NCBI GenBank assembly: GCA_046563655.1
Contig: CM102288.1
Span: 1,116,001-1,180,000, forward strand
Source: Yuukianura sp. NJ FZ-2021
Lineage: Eukaryota
Direction: 5' to 3'
Length of the DNA stretch: 64,000 nt
Below, piece after piece: positions 1-12,267 of this stretch (positions within the stretch are counted from its first letter, which is position 1; the number at the start of each line of letters is the position of its first letter). A program made the position numbers and the translations under genes. Under the pieces are notes generated by a model. That model worked only from the letters and a program-made list of their open reading frames with translations. It did no database searches and had not been told where the DNA came from.

Positions 1-115
1 TTTTTGTCGACATTTTTGTTTTCGATCTTTTTTTGTCAACATTTTTGTTGTCGGCTTTTTTGTTGACGACATTTTTTGTTGACGACATTTTTTGTTGACG
101 ACATTTTTTGTTGTT
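1..115. repeat. Degenerate 15-16 bp minisatellite (TTTTTGTTGACGACA), truncated by the window start
   Basis: About 7 units. Three near-perfect copies at ~56-110 and more diverged copies at 1-55. It may be the internal repeat of a non-autonomous transposon whose other end lies outside the window. Confidence 0.75.
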
Positions 116-791
116 GTGAGTTTTTTCCCTCCCCAATATTGCGGCCGACTAACCCCCGTGGCTGTTCTAAAAATAAATGAGCCCGTTGTCCTACCCAGCT
201 ATCTACTCCAGAGCACTTGAATTTAAGTGGCAGAAGAAGTGGACGTGTTAAATTGACTGAAGACATTTTGAATGGAGGAGTCGCCTAACGCGTTTCCTAA
301 AATTTTGGAAAAGTTGTCTTTTCCGAAAATGTTTATTTCTGGAGAAAGCGTAGGAAGGAAGGCTTACAGTAATCCGGAGGACTTATTTTCCCATTCGCTA
401 AAATATGATGATGTCAAAGACGGAATATGATTGGCATTGGCACGTACAGTTCCAGAAAAAGAGAGCACGTAAGCTTTTTTTGAAACCATTTTCTTCAATT
501 TTCTCTACTTTTTCAAAAATTTTCTCTTTCTTTTGAAAAGAATAGGACTTTGATTGTCTTTTATTCTCCCGAGTCATGTCCATGTCCTCTCTGTCACAGA
601 ATCTAAAGTGAATAATGGAATTGCCTTGTGTGTCTTTAGGAATGACAAAAGGAGAATAGGTTTCCTAGAAATCTAGAGACTAAAGACTTCGTGTTTTCTA
701 GTTTCTCTCTTTATGTTCCCGCGTCTTTCGGATCGCTGAATCGCTGAATCACTTTTCCAAATTGTTTAAACCTTATCCTTTTACTTATTAG

Positions 792-1118
792 CAGGGATGT
801 CAAAAATATTTAGTCTCCATGCTCGTAATCTTAATAAAAAATAATATTTCCGGATTTTTTATTTGCCCATGCCTTCAGTGTTAAATTATTCAATATTTGC
901 GCGATTAAAAAAAATATCTTTTTAATTAGTAAATTATTTAAAAGGACTCTACGAAATCTACATGCTTTATTAAATAATGCTATATTTGTTAGATATCGCA
1001 ACCTGCCAATGCCAGGTGAAAGTTGTGCAAATACTAAATATGAATACATTTTTTCTTAAATCTGAATATTTTGTAATTAATATTTTTGGAATTTTGTCTT
1101 ATATGTTTGACATCCCTG
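792..1118. mobile_element. hAT-superfamily MITE (327 bp)
   Basis: 13-bp perfect TIRs CAGGGATGTCAAA...TTTGACATCCCTG. Perfect 8-bp target-site duplication CTTATTAG at 784-791 and 1119-1126. AT-rich non-coding interior. Confidence 0.9.
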
Positions 1119-1328
1119 CTTATTAGGAAAGAGGCAAGTTGAGTGGAGCTTTAAAACGGAGCACTCTTCCGTTTTAATTTAAACAGAGACAATGAGCCGG
1201 GGTGGTGTGTACTGAAGTGATTTGCGGGAAACTGGGGGAGGTGTGGGGGCGGGGGGTAATGAATCATCCAATTCATAGAATGTTGGCTCATGCTCCCTGG
1301 CTGACTGAAGTTACCCGGGTTTTGTTAC

Positions 1329-1631
1329 CTTTCTTCTTTTGTTCGGTGGAGGCTGCTGGGTGGATTGGATTGTGTGGAGGATGGAGTGAAAGCACTTTCT
1401 TTTTCATTTCTTGTTAGGAACTGGGACGGATCAGAATCGGTTGTGTGTGCTGGAGCAGCATCCACTACTGGAGTAGTGGAAATAGTGCTGGACTGGAGTT
1501 GGGTGATTCTCAGCTGGAGTCCCCCTGGAAGTCCATATGCTTCCGTTTGGTTTACCTCTGTCGGCTTGTGGAGAAAGTTCGGAGCCGAAGCTTGTTGCTT
1601 TTCTACTTTCTCCACAAACTCTGCTGACAAC
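1329..1631 (-). other. Possible exon of a minus-strand gene running off the left end of the window
   Basis: Acceptor tttgtgcag| at 1632 and donor AAG|gtaac at 1328. The 303-nt exon is fully open in one frame (LSAEFVEKVEKQQ...RTKEE, Ser/Thr/Pro-rich). No compatible in-frame upstream coding exon was found, so it may be 5' UTR. Confidence 0.35.
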
Positions 1632-4600
1632 CTGCACAAAGTTGGAGTGTTGTTGACCCTGAACAGTTTTCAACTTTTGAGGATTTCCTCAATTTTCTAC
1701 TGCAATCAAGTCCTCAAAATTTCTCGCGGTAAGAAAAAATTTTTTGAAACATTTGATGATTTGGTAAAATTTCGAAATCCCGCATAACATAAAATCATCG
1801 TCCTCGTCCTGGCATACGTTTTTTGCTAAGGTTTTAGGAGTTTCATTGATTTTTGGAGAAGAGTTCATAGAATTTTTTTCAAATTTTGTCAGTAGTTAGT
1901 TACCATCATGATGATGAAGATGAACACAAGGAATTACAATGTTAAAAAGATGTTTTTAGTCTTTTTGAAATTGATTGATGACTTGGCAGAAACATTTTTT
2001 AGTAAATTTTAAATTGACTGAATTTTGACAAAGGTGGAAAACTTGACGTCTGATATAGATTTTGACGTATGCCCTAAATCTCGACTTTTCGTTTGAATTT
2101 TCGCCCTTTGGTCCAATTTTTACATTTGGTCCAGTCTGATCTGTTCTAGCAAACTCGTGACCTTTGACCTGACAGTGCTGATTGAGGATTGAGGATGTCC
2201 TCAAACCAGTAGTTGCGAGTCCTAAGTAGACCCTGGAGTAGTAGTGTCTCTTGTTCCACTCTGGATGTGTCGCAGCGCAGTAAGAGTTAGACCCATCATT
2301 CTCTTCTTGTGAGCCATACTACTACAGCCATTGCTTTCTCCCGCTTTCTCTTCTTTCTTAGCAAAGAAACTACAAGTGGGTAGCAGAGAGCAGGATCATC
2401 TCCAGTCCAATCAGCCTCAGACTCACTTACTAACATATCCTCTATTGTGCCTACACAAAATCACTCACTAACTTCTTACACAAAAAGTTAAGTGTCCTAG
2501 TCAGCACATCTCTACACAAAGGTACAGATAAAACTTATTAGTCTTTTATAGTCCACAAACTTCCTCAAGTCTTAATTGGACAAGAGAAACAGAAAAACAG
2601 ACAGAAGCTTAACAACTTTTAGTAAAAACAGGGTTTGTTTCAGTGAAAAAACAAGGTGAAACTAACAAAATTGCTAATTCCGTGTAAATCAAACTAGAAA
2701 AAGTGAAAGTTGCAGCCTCCTCAACCGCCAGGATTAAAAGTGTTATTGACATGGAAAGGAGAAAGTTTCTGTGGGTTTAATTTTCGTGAGAAAGTGCCCG
2801 CATACTGTTGAACTCTCCATACACGTGGATGACATACATACCTAGCCTAACTTTTCCAAAAACCTAAAGTACGGCTAACCTAAAGTGAAAGAAAGTTTTA
2901 GCTTCTAGTACGGAAACGGAACCACTCGTAGCGTCTTTTCAACTTTAGCCTCTCTGTTCACTCTTTGCAGAGCGAAGGGAGAAAGGTAATGGCAAGAAAT
3001 TTCCCTGGGAAAGGAAAATTTTGTTTACTTTGGTCCGAATTTTGAAGCTGTTTCAAAACTTAAAACAGCACTTCAAAGTAAATGAAAGTTTTTGAGTTGT
3101 GTTATATTGGAGAGCTAGTGAAAGTATATGTACTAAAGGTACTTCAAAAAGTTAACATGAGAACTAAAACCACATGACCACACTTGACTCTGGTTAAAGC
3201 TAAAGCTTCACTTTCACTTTTCATTTTCTGGAGGGAAAGAAAAGAGAAAATACAAAAGTTAACAAAATGAAAATCAGAAAATAACTTTTCAAATTCTCTT
3301 GTTAAAACGAAACTTTCACAATGGAAGAAAATTCATATGCAGATTGCTACCTTTTAAAAGTTTTGGAATCACAATTCCCAAAAATGATTATTTTTTTTAA
3401 TTGAAATTCAAAATTTCGGTGGCCTTCTAAAAAAAATTAACTTAGAAAACTAAATACGAAATGAATACAAATAGGTAATTCAGATAAGTGTCTTGTAATG
3501 GATTTGAATGTTGTTTGTTTCTTAAAGTGTGTGATTTGTTTGACTTTTCAAAAATTTGGCAGCTTAGCTTTCGTATAAACAAAAACACACACATTTAAAG
3601 CTCGCTGTAAAATTATACTATTTCAATTTACGCCTGTTTTTCCAACGGGAGTTTTCAGTTTGATATTGAAGAAATGTAAAAATAGAATCTGCAAATTTTT
3701 TCCCTCGTAGAGATAACATTTAATGAAAAATTTTGGAGCAGGTGAAAGCTCAAAATGTGACGACTTTGAAAAGTTAATTTTTTGAGCACCAGTGCTTCAG
3801 CTTGTTACTTGAGCGAAAGTCAAAGTTTAGAAACTTTGAAGCACCGAGAAGTGAATTAAAGCAGTATGTTTAGGAAGGTCGTTGAAGTAGAACTAAAATC
3901 CAGACTGTTTCCTTCCTGGAGTGGAACTGGAAGTTCGTAGTTTTCAAAACGGAACAGTTATTTTCGTGAAGAGCCTCCACAAAGTGTAATTTGGAAATTT
4001 ACTTTTTGTTCTTAATGGTTCCAGAAGGAAGTGAGAATGTGGAGATAAAGGGGAGAGAAAGTACATCTTCTGGCGTGTTTCTAACATTGGCGTTTACAAC
4101 CGGTAGGAAAACTGACGTTCAACGGATCTAGCGTAACTTGGCGTAACAAAGAGTGGAGCGCAGCCAGCAAAGTAATTAGCTCATTCATAATTAAGTACGC
4201 AGAGGAGACGCTAAACCTTTCCAGAATCGGTGAAAATTCCTTAACTTAAGAAGAACTTTCTCCTGAAAATTTATAAATTTCGTGTAGTACCAGTACCGTT
4301 ATAGTTTCACAGTTTTTCATACTTTTTAGACAGCTTTAATACATTTGATTCCAAATTTTGGAAAAATTTTAACACAATTTTCGAAATTAATGCTGCAAAC
4401 AATTAAAACCGACGCGTTTTTTGAAATTCTGCAGAAAAACCATTCATCAAAAAAGTTGTAAGTCGCACGCGCTCCTGTTCTTGTCGATTTAGTTTTGTGA
4501 AGATGAAATTTTTTTTTCATTTTTTTCAAAAAATTTGGATAAAAATAGTCCTTGCCACCTCCACCGCCTGTTGACATAAAATTATTATAACAGTTCCAGT

Positions 4601-6114
4601 CCTCGGGCAAACCGCATCCAGCGGATCAGAATTCTGAAGGGCCTATAACCTAACTTTTAGTCTTATAGTCTCTTCCATAGGTTTTCAACGTAGGCGGTGA
4701 GAGACTAGCCTAACATTGTACACACACTGTGGCACAGTAGATATAAAAAGGCCTATTTACTTTTAGTATCTGTTTTCCAGTTTCATGAAACCTGTACGTA
4801 GGATATGTATTGTTTTGCAACATGCGATCGATTCAGAGGGAGTAACTTTTTTTTCTTAGCGAAAACATGAACAGCCTTTTGAGCTTTTCAAACTTTCCCA
4901 CACTTTCACTTTAGCCACTTTGAGTTCAGGTGGAAGTAATTACTATTATTGTAGCTTTAATTACACACTTTCAATTTAATTTAAACCAAATTGAAACTGG
5001 AAATTTTGGTTCAGGAAAATTAGTTTTGATTGAAAAAAGTGAGCATACAGCATGGGTATTTATTGATCTTCTGGCCCCGCCCACTTTTACTAAATAGAAA
5101 AGTCAAGAGAGAAAGGAAAAGAATAAAATTCCTTTGTGTTCATGTCGTTTTTTCTCCCAAAAACAAAAAAGAGAAGATTTTCACGGTTCGCCTATTCCTA
5201 GGTGTTTGACGGATAGTGTCAGGCTGAGAGAAAGGCAAAAGTGAAAGTAGAACAAAGGCTGAAATGAACAAAAAATGTTTTGGATTCTTCAAAAGCAGAA
5301 AACATGAAAGATGGGTTTGGCTTTTAGTTTACTTTAGAACTTTTGTTCTGAGCTCAGGTCAGGACCTACCTAGAAGCTTTTTGAGTAGTATTTCAGGTTA
5401 GGTTTGCCTAAGCGAATCAGAAAAAGGTTTTTATGTAGTAAAGCCTGCTGAATAAATAAACTGAGAGAGTAAATGAAAATGAACGCATGCAACAGCGGGA
5501 GCAGCAACGTGGTTTTAGTGAGGTTTTGAGTTCTGAAAGTCTGTGTTTTAGGCTTAACAAATTTTGCGTTTGAAGCTCTGAAATTTTGTTTTTTGTTCTA
5601 AAAATTTTGTTATTTTAATTCCTTTTTGTAGATTTTGAACACGACACAGGAGACAGCGACTAAAAAAAAGCAGCGACATAAGTGAAAGTTAGTTTAACAC
5701 TCAAGGGAGTAAGAGACTCACGAAGTGTACAAAAATCAGAGTTTCTGGAACAAAATGTTGCTCTGAATCTTCAAAAATCTCCGCCTACACAAATGTCTAC
5801 TCAAGAATAAAAAAGAATTAAACTTCTTCTGTGCGTCTTCGTCAAATGTTATGAAAAAAGGACGTTTTCAAAATTTCGTCATGAAAATCTTGTAGCAGAA
5901 AAAAAAATTCATCACTTTGTGTCAAAAAATTTTCTTCCGAGAAGTCTATTTTCACCGCGTCGCTTTTCAGAAATTTTTTGGTGAAAGTTTTTGACGGATG
6001 ACAATTTTTTTTTGAAGTTTTCCCCAGAAAATCGTCGACGTTGAATTCAAATCATCAAAATCGCTCAGCAGTATTTCCACAAAACTGCTTTGAATTTTTC
6101 GTTTGAAGACTTCA

Positions 6115-9100
6115 ATGCAACAAGATTCAAACATGAATCACGTTGAATTCAAACACCAAAATTCCGCTCCACAGCTTGAGTCTGTCAACAGTATTTCCGT
6201 TGCCCATGTCGTAACGGCAGCAACCCATTCCAACTACCTCCAACCTCCGCAGCATCCAGGTCAATCCAATTCAAACAGTGTACAAGCAGCAGCAACTCCT
6301 GCAGCATTCCGCCGTCTCCCATGCAGTCTCCCACTTCAGAACAAAAACATGAAAGAACCAAGTAGTTGCTGTGCTCGGTTGTTCCTGTGCACTCCGAGCA
6401 AACTGTACTTAATTGCAACTATACTGCTCACGACACTGGCCTCTCTCTTGCTATCGTTCAGCCTAACCTCAGAGTACTGGGAAATCATGTTGTACAATCC
6501 AGACAAAGTGGAGGAGCTTATTCAAGGAAACGAGTCACTGGCAGCACATGCCAGTGTCTCTTGGATGTTCAATACTAAAGTTCCTAAAGTAGTTTTTGAT
6601 GACCGTGCGCCGCCGGATCACATCCTCATTCTCCTCCCCATCCGATCTGGCGTATGGACTTCCTGTATTGACATAACTGGTAAGGTCAAAAGTCAAGTTT
6701 TGGGTTAATACCGTATTTCCTCGCTAATAATACGCGTTTTATCTGAGAACTTTCGAAAAAAAAATTGTAAAAACGAAATACACTTCATTACTAACTAAGT
6801 TAGGAAAACTGACCAGAAAAAGTGTCTTTTTCACTTCAAGCTTTAGGTTTTCTTTCGATTGGCTTATTTTGGAGAATTTCCGGGTGCGCATTATACGGAA
6901 GTGCGTCTTATATGCGAGGAAATACGGTACTTGCAGTACTATATAACTTCTCATTACAGTGAAACTTGCTCACATAGTTTGCTTCACTTTTATTTTCGTT
7001 TTATTTTACCCCTTGCTTTCACTTTTCTTCACTTTTTCTCTAATTTACTTTTACTTTGCCTACGGGAACATCTCATTTTACACAAAACCTTGAATTTCCC
7101 TGGAGCCAGTTAGCTCCGCCCACAGGCGAAATAAAAGTTTGTAAGGCGCTATAAATTACGTTTTTGTGTAACTACCAAGGTTGTGCTGAACAAGGAAAAT
7201 TCTTTCTAGAGGTGGAGATCGTCTCGTTTTATGTCCATGATTCGATTAACCGTAAATTGGTTTCGTATTAGTGGTTTTAAGATCCTGTGGAACATTGTAC
7301 TCTACAGAAAGTAGTTTCTAAGCTCCCTCCGGAGAAAGTAGAGAGGTTAAGGGTCAATCAAATATTTATGTTCGGAACTTTTCTATCGAGTCCAACTTAT
7401 TCCATCAGTCCCAATTTCCACTCTGATCCATTTTAGGCCGTTGAAAACAGATATTACGGAGACCATGACCGCAAATAAGGTTTCAAGTTGAAAGTGATCG
7501 ATGAAAACACAGGTTAGGCTAACCCAAAATCCTACCACCACACTTCCTCTTCATGCCTATTGTTTTGTTTTGAGTTAGAGTAAAAGCAATAGTCTCAAAA
7601 CTAATTTTGTTTCAAGTAAACATGTACAGAATGGCCTCACTTTTCCCGGTTCTGTCTTTTCTTGCCCTTGGAAAGTCTCGGCTGTTCAAGGTTCGTAAAC
7701 AAGGAAAATGTTTTTTCTACAACAGGTTGTCCAATAACTCGGGTTGTTCGGTTTTCTGTAAAAATGTTCAAAAATGAAACCGCTTGAACTTTACCTCCAT
7801 CGCATTGTCAATTTTTAACTTTTATGCGACTTAGTGTTCAAAGTTTGCAAAAAAAATTGGAAAAAAAAAAGAACAAACTAAATTGGTGCAGATTTGGTGC
7901 AGACATTTGTTTGAAGTAAGATTTTTGGAAACCATCAGTTATTGGACAACCTATTGTAGGAAATACAATTCCATTGTTGAGGCACCTCGCGGCTGTTGCT
8001 TTTGGAATTCTCGTTAGGTTGAGCAAGGGAGCGTAGACTTGTTCGTCCATAACAACCAAAGTTTAGGTTTTAGCCTAACTTCTCAAAAGTGAACACACAG
8101 TTGATATGACGGTGCTGAAGAACAGTAGTTGCCCGAGGGGGAAAGCGGAAGAGAAAGTGGCTTCCGTTCCATGCCTCGTTTCCGCTCTCACTTTCTCCAA
8201 ACAACAAGATTTAGTTGCTCCTTCATAATCCTAATACGCTTCGTACAGTGTGCTTACTTCCAGGTTTAGGAATTCCACGATTGCTGTCAGGCATAAGGAT
8301 TTTGTTGATTTTGGAGACAATTTTTTTCCATTAACTTAATTACTGTTAGGCTTTCGGGAGACAAAAAGTTAAGTAATGAAAATTCTGCTGAATTTTGGTG
8401 TAGGTTGGATGCTGCTGTGAGATTAACTTTTGCGGGAGTTTTACAATATGAAAATTGAAAACAGTTTTCTGAGTACTAAATGAATTTCGGCAAAGTGAAG
8501 CTTTAGTTCCCACAAGTTTATGCCAGAATAAAAAAAATTGGCAGAAAAATTCATGGTGAAATATTTTTTTTTGCTTGGGGGAATTTAAAAAAAATGCGAC
8601 AACTAGACCAGAACGATTTTTTTGAATAGGTCAATTACTATTTCAGTTTTTAGTTTCAGAGCAAATTTTCTACACTTTGTTTCATTTTCCGAATTTTTCT
8701 TGAAAGAGTTTTCCTTAATAAAATTGAAAATCTTTTGTTTCATGTTTAATTAGGTTCAAAATTTCGGAAAATAATGAAGCCAAAGTAAGATTGCAGTTAG
8801 GTTGGAAGTCTCCGAACTTCGGAGTAGTTTTGCTACCTAAAAAAGGAAGATGGACCAAGATGTCATTAATTCCCAAGAACTTTCTAAAAGGAAATTCGAA
8901 ATTTCCGAGAGACTTGGACCAGAATAATATCAAAATTGGAATAGTTTGGTTCACTGAAGATGCTCAAAAGATTCTCAGAAGAACGTTTCGGAAGAAATGT
9001 TAGGTTATGGAACAAATGTTAGGGTATGGAAAAGAGAGAAGACGTTTTCAAGCCATTTCGACTCGCGTCCAGAAGATGCTGAACAAGACAAAATTCCGGA

Positions 9101-10687
9101 CCGTAAATAGATGACTTTTGGAAGAAACGGTGACAGGAAATTCCCAAAGGTCATTAATAGCCCCATTTACAAGATTTTCAGGTTACCTCATAACGTGGTT
9201 CTTCCACGTCAATTTCGTTCAGCTTCAAGCTCCATACTAAACTTCCCATTTTCATGTTAGGTTAACCGCGTTACAAAAAAATTGGCGTCAAGATGTGTGC
9301 GATATCGCACAGAAATTACGATTTTATGGAAATTGAAGCACGAGCACCGTTTTTTATATAAAAGACTTTTAGTTTGCTTTTGTATTAAAAATTTTCCAAG
9401 AAAAAAAAGTTTTTTGGTTGAAGAGAAAAAAGTAAAAGTAGAAAGTTGATAAAATTTGGGCAAGAATAAGCTAAACCTCGAAAAGTGGAGATTGGGGAAC
9501 TAAAATATGAGACTTCTTTTTTACTATTTGCTCAATTTTTTTTTACTTTTGCCAAAATTTTCTTGAAATTTATGAAGTTGAAGTTCTCTCTACTCTGTTT
9601 CTTGAGCGTTTAGCATAGGAAGAAAGAAAAGTAGTTCCCTTGATACGACTTTTCCAAGTCAAATAAAGTAGTTGTTCCTGTAGTACTAAAGTCATATTTT
9701 TATAAAGAACTCCTGAAAGACGACTTTCTTCGAACTTTCTCTTTTCTTAGTAAAAATAGAAGTAAAAAAGAACAAGTCCTTAGATTGGCTCAATTTAATT
9801 TTGTTAAGAGTAGCAAACAACCTCCTCAGGCTGGCAATTGGATCAAAGAAAAAACGAGAGAAAAAGAACAAAATTAATTTTCTCCTAAAATCTTTTTCAT
9901 TTTTCCCAATTTTTACTTCAATTTTCATTAAAAACTTTCCCTGTCTTGCAAAAAAGAAAGGAGAAAAAAGACTCTTATTTTTTTCCAGTTGGATTGACAA
10001 AAGTTTTTGTATGAAATTTACTTTCACAATTTTTTGTCATTTTTCAAATGAATGAATTGTGTGAAAATTTTATTACGAAAGTTTCAAAATTTTGTGTTTT
10101 TTATTTTCAGAACTTGAATATGAAGAGCTCAAACTTCTCGGATACGACAAACCACACTGTGTAGATCATCTTCAGACCAATGTCGTTCGTCCTATTGAAA
10201 CCAGAGCTTCATGGCAGCATCGTAAGTCAATTTCAAAAAAGATCAAAAATTTTTGAACTTTTTGAAATTTGAAAAAATTGATTTTTTTATGAATTCAGGT
10301 ATGCAAAACTTGGCAATTGCCTGTGCAACCGTCTGTCTCATTCTGCTCGGCTCGGCAGTGTTCGTCGGGCTGTTCGGTGTCTTTCGGCCACAAATCAGTG
10401 CCGTGTTAGTGACTGGAGTAATTTATATGTTGGCAGCACTATTTGCAGTGTTCACACTGGCAATCGTCCACCTCAAACACAAGAACCGGAAAGAACGGGA
10501 ACCGCTGGACGTGTGGACTCGGCTCATTCCGGACAATGACGACGAGTTCCAGACGACTCGGGTGATTCATCAGGGCTGGTCCCTTAAACTCGCCTGGGTT
10601 GGAAACTGCGTCTGCATTTTAGCTAGTGTCATGTGGGTCGTTTTGTCTAAAATCATGCGATACAATCCGAATCCAATGAATTTGTAA
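6115..10687 (+). CDS. Claudin/PMP22-superfamily four-TM membrane protein (~354 aa)
   Basis: Exons 6115-6679, 10111-10221, 10299-10687 join in frame with GT-AG introns. TM1 (LYLIATILLTTLASLLLSFSL) is followed by W...GVWTSC...C (claudin W-GLW-C-C-like ECL1), then three more TM helices ending GWSLKLAWVGNCVCILASVMW. Probable 5' UTR donor near 2986 and acceptor at 5631. Confidence 0.85.
6711..6927. mobile_element. pogo/Tigger-type MITE (217 bp) in the first coding intron of the claudin-like gene
   Basis: TA|CCGTATTTCCTCGC...GCGAGGAAATACGG|TA: 14-bp perfect TIR extending to ~26 bp with mismatches, TA duplication, and duplicated subterminal motif GTGCG(C/T)xTTATA. Confidence 0.88.
7720..7956. mobile_element. 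Tc1/mariner-type MITE (237 bp)
   Basis: TA|CAACAGGTTGTCCAATAACT...AGTTATTGGACAACCTATTG|TA: 20-bp TIR with one mismatch and TA flanks. Confidence 0.85.
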
Positions 10688-12267
10688 GAAGTAATAATTG
10701 TTATACGTGATTTGTTAAGTTTTCGTATTGTAAACTCTATGCCTAAAGCAACTGTAAACTATACTCAACAACATTTTGCCAAACAACGGTATATTTGTAC
10801 GTAAATTAATGAAAACGTGTAAGTATAATTATACATACGTTAAGGTAAATTACATAAAAATGCGTTTTTAGTCTTTAAGTGTTTGCATTTTTGGTGTTTA
10901 ACTGTTTTCAATTTATATGAAGTGGGTTTCATTCGCACCATTCCGTTTTATTTTATTGAATTCCTAATAAATGTTGATTTGAAGTTAAATTATTATTTTT
11001 AAATCGGTTTAAACAGTTTGTATTGAAATTAAAAAGTCGATTTGGTGACAATTTGTGAAAGAACGTCTCAGAGAATGAATTTTAAAATTGCCGCTTTTCA
11101 TGAGAATGAATGAGAAACCGTTACGAGGCGGTTTCTTTTGATTTGGTATGATACGCCATCATAATTCCTTTTGTTGCAAAAGTGAAAGTGAACGGGAGTT
11201 CGTAAGATGGTGCTTACGGGATTAGGCCTTTACTTGGATTGGAGGACGACAAACTTGTCTTTATCTTTGAGCTTACTATGACGAAAACCAAGGAATTATT
11301 TTTGATGCCTATACTATCCCCCAGCTCACCCCATTTCCTTATCACCCGTCAGTCACACATCGGCACTTTCCGTTCAACCCTTCTCTGATCATCACTTTGA
11401 AAGTGATCAGATTCAACCTATTTCTCAACATCCACATTACTTTCATTGCACGTCAGCGTTCAAAAAAGTGTTTATAATATTTTTCACTTTTCTTAGTTTT
11501 TGTGGCGCCAGGTCATATTACATTTTACGTTTTGTATTGTGTTACTTACTTTACGTAATGTGTAACATTATTTTCAGTAATTGTGTTACAAAGTTTTGTT
11601 TAAATTAAATACTTCACAATTACCAACAAAAATATGCAAATTGCCATACCCAATTCTGATTCAATTCACAAGTTCTAAAATAGTACACAATTCTTTGTTT
11701 CTCAAAAAGCAACTATAAAAAAAAGTGTTTAGAATAGTATGCGATGCATTACGAAATCTGAGGATTGAGAGCAATCAGAAAGTGCCGACATGTAAGTCTT
11801 CTTATAGTTTTCCTTTTTTCAGTGCTATATGTATAGGGGAATTGTGTTGTTGAATTGACAATCTCAACGTAGCCATATACGAACCAATTCAGCTGTAGTT
11901 TTAGGAAAATAACAGGAATACACAGGAACCATACAAGAAGGAGCTTCATTTATTCATTACCAAAGTATCAATTATTTAGTAAATCAAAAGGTAAGGCCTC
12001 ACCAAGTCCTTATTGCGTCACAAAATTAATTTTAACTGCTGTTCTCGCCTCCTAACGTTAATTGTTCGTTTTGCTAAATTTTGGACAGCTCCATTTAAGC
12101 CCTTGACTTTCGGTGTCTTATTCTTTTTCAATTGTAGGTTTGACTGACGGAACGACTGTTGCTTTCTGCTGCTGGTATGTCAATGGAGTTGACCTTGGAA
12201 TTCGCTGTTTATTAATTGTGATTGTGACGGAACAGTTTGAAACTTTAACGAGTGTCAACCCCTGATT

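Noticed and set aside
36..266. Minus-strand 76-aa ORF
   Set aside because: Its second half is the translated minisatellite. The first 24 codons could be a small first exon (donor near 194), but nothing in the window supports it.
8791..9200. ORF-like segment inside the claudin-like intron
   Set aside because: No consistent splice sites and no recognisable protein motif.
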